Source: Malacoraja senta
Lineage: Eukaryota
Assembly: GCA_038087875.1 (NCBI GenBank)
Contig: JAXLNO010000408.1
Coordinates: 124,001-188,000, forward strand
Length of the DNA stretch: 64,000 bases
Direction: 5' to 3'
Part shown: positions 22,490-33,995 of the stretch, one piece after another
Numbering within the stretch: position 1 is the first letter of the stretch
Layout of the letters: every line of letters starts with the position of its first letter
Program-made: the position numbers and the translations under genes
The notes under the pieces: generated by a model
What the model saw: only the letters and a program-made list of their open reading frames with translations
What the model was told of the DNA's origin: nothing
Databases searched by the model: none

Positions 22490-25090
22490 TAGAAACATAG
22501 AAACATAGAAAGTAGGTGCAAGAGGAGGCCATTCGGCCCTTTGAGCCAGCACCGCCATTCATTGTGATCATGGCTGATCGTCCCCTATCAACAACCCGTG
22601 CCTGCCTCCTCCCCATATCCCTTGACTCCACTAGCCCCTAGAGCTCTATCTAACTCTCTCTTAAATCCATCCAGTGATTTGGCCTCCACTGCCCTCTGTG
22701 GCAGGGAATTCCACAAATTCTCAACTCTCTGGGTAAAAAAGTTTTTTCTCACCTCAGTCTTAAATGACCTCCCCTTTATTCTAAGACTGTGGCCCCTGGT
22801 TCTGGACTCGCCCAACATTGGGAACATTTTTCCTGCATCTAGCTTGTCCAGTCCTTTTATAATGTTATATGTTTCTATAAGATCCCCCCTCATCCTTCTA
22901 AACTCCAGTGAATACAAGCCTAGTCTTTTCAATCTTTCCTCATATGACATTCCCGCCATCCCAGGGATCAATCTCGTGAACCTACGCTGCACTGCCTCAA
23001 TCACAAGGATGTCCTTCCTCAAATTAGGAGACCAAAACTGTACACAATACTCCAGATGTGGTCTCACCAGAGCCCTATACAACTGCAGAAGAACCTCTTT
23101 ACTCCTATACTGAAATCCTCTTGTTATGAAGGCCAACATTCCATTAGCTTTCTTCACTGCCTGCTGGACCTGTAAGCCAACTTTCAGTGACCGGTGTACA
23201 AGGACACCCAGGTCTCGCTGTACCTCCCCCTTACCTAACCTAACCCCATTGAGATAATAATCTGCCCCCTTGTTTTTGCCGCCAAAGTGGATAACCTCAC
23301 ATTTATCTATATTATACTGCATCTGCCCACTGACTCAACCTGTCCAGGTCACCCTGCAACCTCCTGACATCCTCTTCACAGTTCACACTGCCACCCAGCT
23401 TTGTGTCATCCGCAAACTTACTAGTATTGTTCCTAATTCCCTCTTCCAAATCAATAATATATATGGTAAACAGTTGTGGCCCCAACACCGAGCCTTGCGG
23501 CACTCCACTCGCCACTGCCTGCCATTCTGAAAAGGACCCGTTCACTCCTACTCTTTGCTTCCGGTCTGCCAACCAATTTTCTTTCCATATCAACACCCTA
23601 CCCCCAATACCATGTGCTATCATTTTAGTCACCAGTCTCCTGTACGGGACCTTATCAAAGGCTTTTCTGAAAGTCTAGATACACTACATCCACTGGCACC
23701 CCTTCATCCACTGGCTATCCTCCAATCCACAGGAACTGATCCTGAATCTATTGAACATTGGAAAATGATCACCAATGCGTCCACTATTTCTAGAGCCACC
23801 TCCCTGAGGACCCTGGGATGCAGACCATCAGGCCCAGGGGATTTATCATCCTTCAGTCCCATTAGCCTACCCAATACTATTTCTCGCCTAATGAAAATTT
23901 CTTTCAGTTCCTCTACCCCCTTAGATCCTCTGTCCTCCAGTACATCTGGGAGATTGTTTGTGTCTTCCTTAGTGAAGACAGATCCGAAGTACCTATTCAA
24001 CTCTTCTGCCATTTTTTACTTGTTGCCCATAATAATTTCACCCGTGTCTGCCTTCAAGGGACCCACATTTGACTTTGCTACTCTTTTTCCCTTAACATAT
24101 CTAAAGAAGCTTTTACTGTCCTTCTTTATATTCCTGGCCAGCTTCCCCTCGTACTTCATCTTTTCAGCCCGTATTGCCCGTTTTGTTTCCTTCTGTTGTC
24201 CTATGAAAGTTTCCCAATCCTCTGGCTTCCGGCTACTCTTTGCTGTGTTATACATCTTTTCTTTTAGTTTTATTCTATCCCTAACTTCTCTTGTCAGCCA
24301 CGGTTGCCTCCTAACTCCCCTTAGAATCTTTCTTCCTTTTTGGAATGAAATGATCCTGTGTCTTCCAGATTATGCCCAGAAATTCCTGCCATTGCTGTTC
24401 CACCGTCATTCCTGCTAGGATCCCTTTCCAGTCTAGTTTGGCCAGCTCCCCTCTCATGCCTTCATAGTCCCCTTTGTTCAACTGCATCACTGCCACTTCC
24501 GATTTAACGTTCTCCTTCTCAAATTGCAGATTAAAACTAATCATATTATGATCACTACCTCCAATCGGTTCCTTTACCTCGAGTTCTCTTATCATATCTG
24601 GTTCATTGGACTACACTAAATCCAGAATTGCCTTTTCTCTGGTCAGCTCCATTACAAGCTGCTCTAAGAATCCATCTCGGAGGCATTCTACAAACTCTCT
24701 TTCTTGGGTCCTGAACCAACCTGATTTTCCCAGTCTACCTGCATATTGAAATCCCCCATCACCACAGTGGCATTACCTTTGTTACATGCCAGTTTTAACT
24801 CCTGCTGCAACTTACACCCTACATCCCGGCTACTATTTGGGGGTCTGTAAATAACACCAATTAGTGTCATCTTGCCTTTACAATTCCTCAACTCAATCCA
24901 CAGTGACTCTACCTCGTCAGTCCCTATGTCTTCCCTCGCAAGGGACTGAATTCCATCCCTCACCAGCAGAGCTATCCCCCCTCCTCTGCCCACCTGCCTG
25001 TCCTTTCTATAGGATGTATAACCCTGAATATTAAGTTCCCAGGCCCAATCCTCCTGCAGCCACGTCTCAGTAATCCCCACAATGTCATAT
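22490..25090 (-). mobile_element. CR1 LINE (APE end through RT to tail), internally deleted or rearranged
   Basis: IVGITETWLQE...GDFN at 24.7-25.1 kb; RT C-terminal ORF 22588-23322; (TAGAAACA)n tail at 22490. Confidence 0.88.
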
Positions 25091-25930
25091 ACAATACAAT
25101 ACAATACAATACAATACAATACCGTTTATTGTCATTTGAGCCTCAAATGAGGTTCAAACGTAATTCTGTTTCTGCAGTCATACAAACAAGTAAAAAGAAC
25201 CAAGACACAACACAATTTACACAAACATCCATCACAGTGAATCTCCTCCTCGCTGTGATGGAAGGCAAAGTCTTATCTCTCCCCTGCACTCCCCATTCTC
25301 CTCCCGATGTCAGAGTCAGAGCCCCCGGCGGGCGATGTAAGTAAGTCCCGCGGCCATTAAAGCCGCGCCGGGCGATGCAAGGCCGCCCTCCGGGTCTGGA
25401 TGTTGGAGCCCACGGTAGCGCTAGCAAGTCCCGCGGCCATTTAAAGCCGCGCCGGGCGATGTAAGGCCCCGCTCCAGGTCATCTTCAACCCCGCAACTCG
25501 GGCGGGAGAAGTTGCCGTTGCGGGAGCCCCGAAAAGCGGTCTCCCACCAGGGACCCGCGAGCTCTCGATGTCTCCGTCCACCAGACCTGCGGCTGGAGCC
25601 TCCGTATCTCCGGGGTCGTGTCACAGCCGCGCGTCACCGCAGCTCTCCACGCTCCGAACTCGGCCAGCTCCGCGATGGTGAGTAAGTCCGCAGGCTCCGC
25701 GACTGGAGCCCCAGGTCGTTCCGGCTGGAGGCCTCTCCACGGTGCTCGGCCCCAACGACAACGGAGACCCGACAGAGAAAGGTCGGGTCCTCCATACAGG
25801 GAAAAGATTTTAAAAGTTTCCCCCACCCACCCCCACCCACCGCCCCCCCACACATATACACAGTTTAAAAAAACACTATAAACGAAACTCAAACGAAAGA
25901 AAAAAAGAAAAAAAAAGACAGACGCACTGC
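25090..25930 (-). mobile_element. Non-autonomous retroposon with a (TTGTA)n tail and internal hairpin
   Basis: (TACAA)n microsatellite end; internal repeat GCCATTAAAGCCGCGCCGGGCGATG x2; a related fragment occurs at 60810-60990. Confidence 0.5.
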
Positions 25931-27000
25931 AGACTGGAAAGGGATACTAGAAGGAATGACGGTGGAACAGCAATGGCAGGGATTTTCCCGTTTCACTTCA
26001 GAATCATTGGGGGAGGAAGAGAATGGTTCATTCATTCATTGACTGACTGACCTGCGCTGTCACTTGTCTTCTGAAGCAGCATCATGAGTCTAGTTCCACT
26101 CAGCTCACTCTCGTGCGCGCGCTGTTTACACACTCAGTCACTTGGGCCACATGAGCTGTTTTTGCTCTCAAACACTTATTGTGGAGGGTGATTACGTTTG
26201 TGTCAGAATTGAAACTTTCAGTGAGCCTGGAGGTCAAAGTATTCAGCTGCGTAGAAAGCAGAGTCATGAGAAGGGACTCAACCCAAAATGTCGCCTATTC
26301 CTTCTCTCCATAGATGCTGCCTCACCCGCTGAGTTTCTCCAGCATTTTTGTCTCCCTTCGATTTTCCAGCATCTGCAGTTCCTTCTTAAACAAGAGTCAT
26401 ACACACTGTGTCTGTCTGACAGGAGACATCACATTTATCAATGTACGATGTTGTCTATTTCACAGCCCCTCCTTCTTTAAGCAAAATGGCGAGCAAATTC
26501 CTTTCACAAATAGTTATGTGCGTGGTATTAGTGTGGACGACAGTTGCTGCAGTGTCATCAGAAATGTGTAAGCCTAGTTTAACAGTGTACAATGTTCTTG
26601 CTTTGTGAATCTTGTTTTAATCAGCAATGTGATATTGTTAAACATGTGTGTTTGCAAGATGCTCAATCCCATCCCATATCAGTGACAGTCGTGTAGTTCC
26701 ACAATCGCGGTGTCGGGGGGAAATCACCTCATACGAAACCTGGCAGAATATGGATGCTCTCCATGCTGTAAAATATTGGTATCTTCCACAAGAGACATTT
26801 TGTATTGCTCATCCTTGGATGATTCTAACCAAACACGTCCATTCCTTGCAACATTCCTTGCATTCCCTGAGTTTCTCCTTTAGACTGAGGTCTGTGTCCA
26901 GGAGGTGGGTTAATAAATCTGTGGCAATGTGTGCTAACCACAAAGCCAGTATAGGACAGGAGACCGGTTAGAGCCCTGGATCTTGCCTCACCAGTTTGCC

Positions 27001-27006
27001 TTTATT
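27001..27006 (-). terminator. Poly(A) signal for the short secretory IgW form
   Basis: AATAAA about 300 nt downstream of the short secretory exon stop. A second AATAAA overlaps the last codons (GAAATAAAG). Confidence 0.55.
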
Positions 27007-27301
27007 AAAGGGTCACCCAATTTTTTACTGAGCCACTTTGACATTTCACACCGTTCACCTTAAACATCTCCTGCCTTGCGATCTCTGGGTGGTCCTTGCT
27101 GGCTAGAGTCTGAGCATGAAGAAATCTGCCCAGTGGCACAGGGATGTGTAATGAATGAGTATACAGGCAATGAGTGGAGGGGAGAGGGAGGCAGCTTGAA
27201 TTGGGTATTTTCCCCACTCTGGTACACTTTGATCCCAATGGATACCAGGGGTTGGATTTGAATCTTATAAATGGGTTGTAATAATAGAATTACGCAGCCA
27301 A

Positions 27302-27415
27302 TTACTTTATTTCACACTTTCCTGCCCAACAATGATACTGCCGGGTAGAACCATCTGAGATTACTCTGGTAGAAGAACTTCGGCAGACACTTCGAACAGC
27401 CGGGACATTCTCCAC
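27302..27415 (-). pseudogene. IgW: Cys-rich secretory tail exon of short IgW/IgX, frameshifted by a deletion
   Basis: AG at 27417-27416. GGECPGCSKCLPKFFYQSNL, frameshift, SDGSTRQYHCWAGKCEIK*. Matches my recollection of the skate IgX Cys-rich C-terminus. Confidence 0.85.
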
Positions 27416-28384
27416 CTGGAAATGGAAGATTCATTGGTTTAAATGTTAAGAGATTTCACCTCCTGTGTTGAGGAAACAGGAGATCCACATATTCCCAGTC
27501 TGTGTCCTCAGTATTTATCAGCATGAGATTATGCCGACCACGATAAACTGCTTCACTTTGTCCAGGATCAGACAACACTTTAAAGAAGGTGGAGATGAGT
27601 TGAAAAATAATCCAGGACACCGACATTTCAATGGAAGGGAAATCTACAGAACAGACTCTCAGGAAACAGTGTAAAGAGATGGATTTGGAGAAACTAACAC
27701 AATGAGGACAGTGAGAAGATGTAGTTTGATCCTTATTAATCCATGCCATTTATAATCTCCACTACACATATGTCCATGACACCCACTAGATGGTATTACC
27801 GTATTACACAGCTTTACACTAGCAAGGTCAGCCGGCCGGCTCTCACAAGTCACGCCGAGCTGGATGTGAATGGCTGGCAGTTTAAATGATCCTAATTGCT
27901 TATGGAATAAAGACTGATCTTTCACCGTGTGTGTTGTTGTGGATCATTCACAAACAGAAGGGAAGAGAGATTTTCTCCAGATATCAGATGGGACCTGTGG
28001 TTCATTCACTGTCCCATTTGACTTACCACTGGACACAAAGGCAACTAGAGTAGTGAGAGTAAACACACTGGTGACCTTCCTCGCTACATGTCCTGTAGAA
28101 TGAGTTAGAATTACTGATGGAAAGCATTGGCTTAAATTGCAAAAGCCAAATCTGAACATGAAACATCGCTCAACAGGACTGATCTCAGGGACAGGAATTT
28201 GGTGGAAATGTCAGTAAGATTGTTTAATACTGTAAGTAAATTATCAGACACCACTCACCCTCTTGATATCTCATGTTGATCCTGTCCCTGAAGCCGGAAG
28301 CGTGGGTCACTTCACAAGTATATTCCTGTTTGTTGGTCCATTCCTCCACACGCAACGGCAGGTAAGCAACTGTTTCAAATCCAC

Positions 28385-28489
28385 GGTCCACAAAAATGCT
28401 GGAGAAACTCAGCGGGTGCAGCAGCATCTATGGAGCGAAGGAAATAGGCAACGTTTCGGGCCGAAACCCTTCTTCAGACCAACCGTTAG
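28385..28489 (-). mobile_element. 105-bp Penelope terminal fragment with hammerhead core, inserted in CH2
   Basis: 11-bp flanking duplication TTCAAATCCAC at 28374-28384 and 28490-28500; carries CTGAAGAAGGGTTTCGGCCCGAAACGTT. Confidence 0.85.
28450..28477 (-). ncRNA. Minimal type-I hammerhead ribozyme motif (PLE-type)
   Basis: CUGAAGA, A, GGG/UUUCGG/CCC stem II, GAAA, palindromic ACGU. Confidence 0.65.
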
Positions 28490-28719
28490 TTCAAATCCAC
28501 CGTTAGTTTGCGGAGTGGACGGGAGAACGACGCCCGCTTGATTAAGTCCAGATTTTTTCCAGGAAACTTTAATATTGTCAGGGAAGAATCCGGATATCAT
28601 GCAGCCCAGGACAGCAGTTGTTTGATTGTGGAGAACCTCCGGGGATGAGCTGTGGAGCTGTAACATATTTAATATCTGTTATTACATGATTCCTTCAGCC
28701 ACAGTGTAGGACTCCACTA

Positions 28720-29510
28720 TATAACCATATAACCATTACCGCACGGAAACAGGCCATCTCGGCCCTTCAAGTCCGTGCCCAACATTTTTTATTTATTTTT
28801 TATTTTAATTTTTTTTATTTTAAATAAATACTTCCCCCTAGTCCCATCTACCTGCACTCAGACCATAACCCTCCATTCCTTTCCCGTCCATATACCCATC
28901 CAATCTATTTTTAAAGGATAACATCGAACCTGCCTCCACCACTTCCACTGGAAGCTCATTCCACACAGCTACCACTCTCTGAGTAAAGAAGTTCCCCCTA
29001 ATGTTCCCCCTAAACTTCTGTCCCTTAATTCTCAAGTCATGTCCCCTTGTTTGAATCTTCCCTACTCTCAATGGGAAACGCTTATCCACATCCACTCGGT
29101 CTAACCCGCTCATAATTTTAAAGACCTCTATCAAGTCCCCTCTTAACCTTCTGCGCTCCAAAGAATAAAGACCTAACTTGTTCAACCTTTCTCTGTAACT
29201 TAGTTGCTGAAACCCAGGCAACATTCTAGTAAATCTCCTCTGTACTCTCTCTATTTTGTTGACATCCTTCCTATAATTAGGCGACCAAAATTGTACTCCA
29301 TACTCCAGAATTGGCCTCACCAATGCCTTGTACAATTTTAACATTACATCCCAACTTCTATATTCAATGCTCTGATTTATAAAGGCCAGCACACCAAAAG
29401 CTTTCTTTACCACCCTATCTACATGAGATTCCACCTTCAGGGAACTATGCACAGTTATTCCTAGATCCCTCTGTTCAACTGCATTCCTCAATTCTCTACC
29501 ATTTACCATG
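28720..29510 (-). mobile_element. CR1 3' fragment ((GGTTATAT)n-tailed family)
   Basis: EQRDLGITVH...KLYKALVRPILEYGVQFWSP...GRWD; near-identical family member at 35400-36160. Confidence 0.88.
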
Positions 29511-29789
29511 GTACTAGTGCCCCAGTACCAGCCCTCCCCACAATGCTGGTGATGTGCTGATACGGTGGGTCCCACAGTCAGATGCTGGTCAGAGCTGCGT
29601 TTGGGAGGCTGGGTTAGAACCCAGGCCTCCCCAGCAGTGTGGGCCACTCTGCAGTGGTAAGGGTGGAGGTGAGTAAGTGGCGTACAGACCATCCGTGATC
29701 TCAGTGTGTGCTGGAGCAGACACAGGAACAGCATGGCCATCACCAGTTCCAGTCAGCAGGAACAGATGAGACAACTGTTTCTACTGGCA

Positions 29790-30055
29790 GGAGGTTTGGG
29801 AATCACAATTTTAAATTGTCTTCACCTGTACTTGGTCTGTAACTCGTCCGACTTGCCTATAGCTAACAATGGCCTGTTTCCTTTATCAGTGCCACTTATT
29901 TGCATATCTTTCATTCATTAGTTCTATATCTCTCTTTTCCCTTTCACCAACTCTCAGTCTGAAGAAGGGTCTCCAGAGATGCTGTCTGACCCGCTGAGTT
30001 ACTCCAGCTGTCTATCTTCGCTTTAAACCAGCATCTGCAGTTCCTTCCTACACAA
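29790..30055 (+). mobile_element. Penelope-like terminal fragment
   Basis: CTGAAGAAGGGTCTC...GAGATGCTG...GCTGAGTTACTCCAGC...CAGCATCTGCAGTTCCTT. Confidence 0.6.
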
Positions 30056-30059
30056 CTAT

Positions 30060-30680
30060 AAGTTCAACTAGACTAAGTGGGACCCGTTGGGTCCCTGTCA
30101 CACAGGAGGCTTGGTCCCCCAATACAATATTCCACCATTCACCCATAGCCCCCAACTGCACAGGCTCAGCTCATTTCCCCTCATCCCTAGCACTCTCTCC
30201 CCCTCCTCTTCACCCTCCGTCTTCTTTCCCCTCCCCCAATCCCTCCCTCACCCCTCTCTCCCTCTCCTTTCCCCTACCCTCAGTCACTCCCTACCTCCCT
30301 CCATAACGCCTCTTCCCCCCTCCCTACCTCCCTCCTATCACCCTCCGCCGGCCACCAACAGCGTCCCTCAGCTCCAGTAAAGACGCGATGGCACAGGAAG
30401 AGGCGGACCATTCCCGGGGAGTGACAGAAGAGGCCAATCCGCACGACGCTGACTGGCAGGAGAGATCGATCTGTGCATGCGCGGTTTTTACGATTTCTAA
30501 ACCTCGCTAACTTTTACAATATACCACCGATCAGAACAAAACTTGTTGCACTCGCAGCACAGGAGAACGGTGAGTGAGCTGGCGAAAAATCAAAGGGTTG
30601 TTCTGTACCGTTTTTGCACAAATAGAAAAACTGCGCAAACCGGAAGAGCACAAGATCAGAGTTTTAGTTATGGATAGATA
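30060..30680. mobile_element. Possible non-autonomous Helitron/Helentron-type element
   Basis: Starts AACTAGAC..GGGACCCGTTGGGTCCC hairpin and ends TTTTAGTTAT..ATAGAT followed by microsatellites; partial copy at 32775-32925. Confidence 0.35.
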
Positions 30681-30692
30681 GATAGATGGACG

Positions 30693-30744
<52 letters not shown>

Positions 30745-30755
30745 GGCAGACAGAG
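30672..30755. repeat. Compound (GATA)n/(GACG)n/(GACA)n microsatellite
   Basis: Direct reading. Confidence 0.95.
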
Positions 30756-31241
30756 ATGGGAAAGGAGGTCAGATGGACGAGAAACGTATTTTGTTATGAC
30801 AGCAATGATTTGATCAGAACTGGAAGGCAGTGGTTAAAAGTGAGAGTGGAAGCAGATTCATGTCATTTCCACAAGGAGACTGGATTTCACTTGGTGAGGG
30901 GTCGGCTGCAGGGTTGAGGGGAAAGTGCAGGAAGAGTGAGGAAGGTTTAAATCTCCACACTGTGCACGGGCACAATAGGTGTGGCACTGTGCACAGCAGC
31001 TGATCTACAGGGAGGTGTTTGGGGTGGTAGAGAGCTGCAGGAATTAGTCAAAGCTGTGGATAGAATGGAGGCAGTTCAAGACGAGATGCTTCCTCCGTGA
31101 ACCCCCCTCCCCCCACCATTATCTATCTCCTTCCACATAAATTCTCACTGTCTTTTTCCTTGAGCAGCAGCACTGTGGCTGATAGGAGGAGAATGAATGA
31201 GCAAAATAATTAATTTGCTTCCTCCTACATTGTTCGACTTA

Positions 31242-31583
31242 AGGGCCTGTCCCACTTACGCAACTTTTACGGAGACTGTCGGCACCCGTCATAGGTCGTT
31301 GCAGGTCGCCGAAAATGTTCAACATGTGGAAAATCCAGCGGTGACCAGAAAGACGCTACGACTCTTTGGGCGACGGAGGAGACGACTCACGACCGTACAG
31401 GCGACACCCCTGGTGACATGTCGCGAGGTGAAGCCTGTATGGTCGTGAGTAGTCGCTCAAACAGTCGTATCTTGTTCAAGTCGACGCTGGGTTTTCAACA
31501 TGTTGAACATTTTCGGCAACCTGCAACGACCTATGACGAGTGCCGGTAGTCGTCGAAAAAGTCTCGTAAGTGGGACAGGCCCT
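31242..31583. mobile_element. PIF/Harbinger-like MITE (family of 5638-5975, opposite orientation)
   Basis: TIR AGGGCCTGTCCCACTTACG; flanks TTA/AAA (one mismatch). Confidence 0.8.
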
Positions 31584-31644
31584 AAAGGCTTCCATTTCAG
31601 TTCTATCGTCAGGTTTAAAATAGACAACAAAATCTCATACTAAC

Positions 31645-31953
31645 CTTGAGGCTTCTGGAACTCCGTTCTCACCATGTTGTCCGGCTTGTATCCTGCCTTG
31701 CAGTAGTAGACGTTATTCCTGTTCCAATCTGCCACAGGGACTCGCAGCAAGCTGCCCATTGTGTACTTGTCGTCGTGTCCCAACACTGGTGGGTACTTTG
31801 TGATTCCAGTGGTGATGTCCCCACTGCTGGTGGACCATGTCTGACTGATGATCTCAGGCTGGTAGTCCTTGACCAGACAGAGGATGCTGATCTCTTGGTC
31901 AGATTCTGTGCTGCAGGAAGAGGTGATGTGGACTGAAGGCAAGGCCTCAACCT
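31645..31953 (-). CDS. IgW: IgW CH1 exon (intact)
   Basis: 309 nt, phase 1-1, AG/GT. EVEALPSVHITSSC...ISILCLVKDYQPEIISQTW...KYPPVLG...YTMGSLLRVPVADWNRNNVYYCKAGY...EFQKPQ. Includes the L-chain-pairing Cys. Confidence 0.92.
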
Positions 31954-32931
31954 CTGAAAAGTAAATAAATTAACAATTGGTTCTGTAGTAAATGGATTAT
32001 TACCAGCGCGTGGAACAAGAAGGCTCTGCAGAGAGTAGTGCGTTTGGCCAAACGCACCATGAAATGACACAGTTTGAGTAACCCAGCTGACTGAATCAGT
32101 CTGAAGAAGAGTTCCCACCTCACCTAGCGATCTTCTCCACAGATGCTCCCTGACCAGTTGAGTTACTCCAGCACTTTGTGTCTTTTTGTGTATTAACCAG
32201 CATCTGCATTCTTTGTTTCAACTACATACATGGATAAAACCTTACTCGTTTAAAGCGGACATTCGGCAATAACAGATACTATCCCCCCCCCCCACACCAT
32301 GGTCCGTTAATATGAGGGTTCACTGTTCAGAAGTTGGATGTTATACTAGAGTGTTACAAGAAATCGGTGAGGCTGAATTTGGAATACAATGTTGAGTTTT
32401 CATCAAGCTACTCTGGGAAAGATATCGTTAGGCTAGAAGAGCGATGAGAAGATTTACAAGAATGTTGCCAGGACTCGGGGGCCTGAGCTGGAGGGAAAGG
32501 TAGGGCAGGCTCGGACTTTCCTCCTTGATACCTCTAGAAGGCTGAAGAGTGATCCTGTAAAGGTGTCTAAAATCATGAGGGGAATAGATAGGGTGAATGC
32601 ACAGTCTTTTACACAGGATAGGGGGATCAAGGGGACAATGGTGTAAGATGAGAGGAACAAGATTTAATGGGAGTGTGTGGGGAACTTTCTCACACACAGG
32701 GTGGTGGGTATATGGAACAGGCTGCCAGAGGTGGGGGGGGGGGTGGGGGTGGGGGAGAGGGAAAGTGGGGGAGGGGGAGCCTTCAAAACCTTCATAACTT
32801 TTGTACTATTTCACCGATCGGAACAAAACGTATTTGACTTGCAGCAGAGGAGAATGGTGAGTAAGGTGGCGAAAAATCATAGCGCTATGGGAGATCGTTT
32901 TTGTGCAAATTAAATTACAACACAGACAGGA

Positions 32932-33454
32932 NNNNNNNNNNNNNNNNNNNNNNNNNNNNNNNNNNNNNNNNNNNNNNNNNNNNNNNNNNNNNNNNNNNNN
33001 NNNNNNNNNNNNNNNNNNNNNNNNNNNNNNNNNNNNNNNNNNNNNNNNNNNNNNNNNNNNNNNNNNNNNNNNNNNNNNNNNNNNNNNNNNNNNNNNNNNN
33101 NNNNNNNNNNNNNNNNNNNNNNNNNNNNNNNNNNNNNNNNNNNNNNNNNNNNNNNNNNNNNNNNNNNNNNNNNNNNNNNNNNNNNNNNNNNNNNNNNNNN
33201 NNNNNNNNNNNNNNNNNNNNNNNNNNNNNNNNNNNNNNNNNNNNNNNNNNNNNNNNNNNNNNNNNNNNNNNNNNNNNNNNNNNNNNNNNNNNNNNNNNNN
33301 NNNNNNNNNNNNNNNNNNNNNNNNNNNNNNNNNNNNNNNNNNNNNNNNNNNNNNNNNNNNNNNNNNNNNNNNNNNNNNNNNNNNNNNNNNNNNNNNNNNN
33401 NNNNNNNNNNNNNNNNNNNNNNNNNNNNNNNNNNNNNNNNNNNNNNNNNNNNNN
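32932..33454. other. Assembly gap (523 N)
   Basis: Run of N; the CR1 tail segment at 32692-32731 recurs right after the gap. Confidence 1.
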
Positions 33455-33995
33455 TCACACACAGGGTGGTGGGTATATGGAACAGGCTGCCAGAGGAAAC
33501 AGTTGAGGCAGGGATGATACCAGCATTTAAAAGACACTTGGACAGATACATGGATAGGAAAGTATTAGAGGACATGAGGTAAAGTAGCATACATGGGGCA
33601 TCAGGGCTGCCTTGCACGAGCTGAGCTGAAGGGCCTGTTTCCGTGCTGTATGAGTTGATGTCTCTGAGTTATTAATGGGCCGGGAGGGTTGTGAAAACAT
33701 TCAACAAAATGAAAATCCATCAGATAAAAGTGGAAATAGCGTGGTTGTCAGAAACTGTACTGAAAGTGTTTGATGAAAGAGCACTGAAAGGGTGAATCTG
33801 CTTCTCTCCCCACAGATGCTGCCTGAGCTGCCGAGGGGTCTGTGCAGGCGGCTCAATGATGTCAGGGGGCGAGATTCGCAGCTCACGGTGTTTTCCTTCA
33901 AGGGATCAGCAGGTGGGGAGTGTAGTTTAAGTTGCATCAATGTTCCTAATGTGGTCAAGAGGTGGGTCAGGGCCTGGAAAACACATCATACTGGC

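Larger units (their letters stand above)
28259..28666 (-). pseudogene. IgW: IgW CH2 exon disrupted by a retroelement insertion
   Basis: [37 protein letters not shown]...QTNGGFE, insert, TVAYLPLRVEEWTNKQEYTCEVTHASGFRDRINMRYQE; G|GTGAGT donor. No good phase-1 acceptor found at the 5' end. Confidence 0.88.

Noticed and set aside
28838-29743. 301-aa ORF
   Set aside because: Read-through from intron sequence into a CR1 RT fragment.
29898-29905. Octamer ATTTGCAT as an Ig enhancer
   Set aside because: Inside a Penelope-derived fragment and isolated; likely chance.
32806-33617. ORFs of 200-240 aa
   Set aside because: They span the N gap.
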